A stretch of 64,000 nt of DNA from Geosiphon pyriformis uo1 (Eukaryota > Fungi > Glomeromycota), in NCBI GenBank assembly GCA_016748015.1, contig JAAOMT010000258.1:250173-314172 (forward strand), in the 5' to 3' direction. Positions 63,942-64,000 of this stretch are shown piece by piece (the first letter of the stretch is position 1; each line of letters starts with the position of its first letter). The notes beneath the pieces are model-generated. The model searched no databases and was not told the origin of the DNA. It was given only the letters and a program-made list of their open reading frames with translations. Position numbers and translations under genes: made by a program.

Positions 63942-64000
63942 GTAGTTATCATATTGATATTAAGTTTGTAACCAAAACTAGCAGAATTAAAAACCAAAGT

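Larger units (their letters stand above)
60630..64000 (+). mobile_element. LINE-c: ORF1 fragments (60630-61056, 62030-63086) and an RT fragment (63942-64000), split by two solo LTRs
   Basis: ORF1 homologous to LINE-a (LKTHLSIKKK..., YCVDGF, LYTLPVGITVHNL). 63942-64000 reads SYHIDIKFVTKTSRIKNQ, matching the RT segment YRIDTRFVAKSGRVE of LINE-b. Confidence 0.78.

Overview
Eukaryotic (fungal) DNA with many short introns, most consistent with Glomeromycotina/Mucoromycota. The repeat-encoded proteins resemble ones I recall from Geosiphon pyriformis (unverified). The window has two compartments. (1) 1-12.25 kb is gene space: a multi-exon HIR3/Cabin1 histone-chaperone gene (minus), a small Cys-rich membrane-protein gene (minus) and PRP31 (plus). 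Between HIR3 and the small gene, in broken reading frames the ORF track does not reveal, lies a degenerate IS607-type element. It carries a serine-recombinase tnpA overlapping a Fanzor2/TnpB RNA-guided nuclease whose three RuvC catalytic codons and zinc finger are still readable. (2) 12.3-64 kb is a nested, C>T/G>A-hypermutated transposon block. It contains an ORF1-only LINE derivative, RNase H-bearing LINEs, three Ty3/Gypsy elements and two solo LTRs, and the nesting order can be reconstructed from 4-bp target-site duplications (TSDs). The Gypsy family has an unusual layout: a Cys-rich insert and a dUTPase between protease and RT, an integrase apparently separated from pol by a conserved stop, and an extra 3' ORF. 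All calls come from manual translation and motif recognition; no searches were run.
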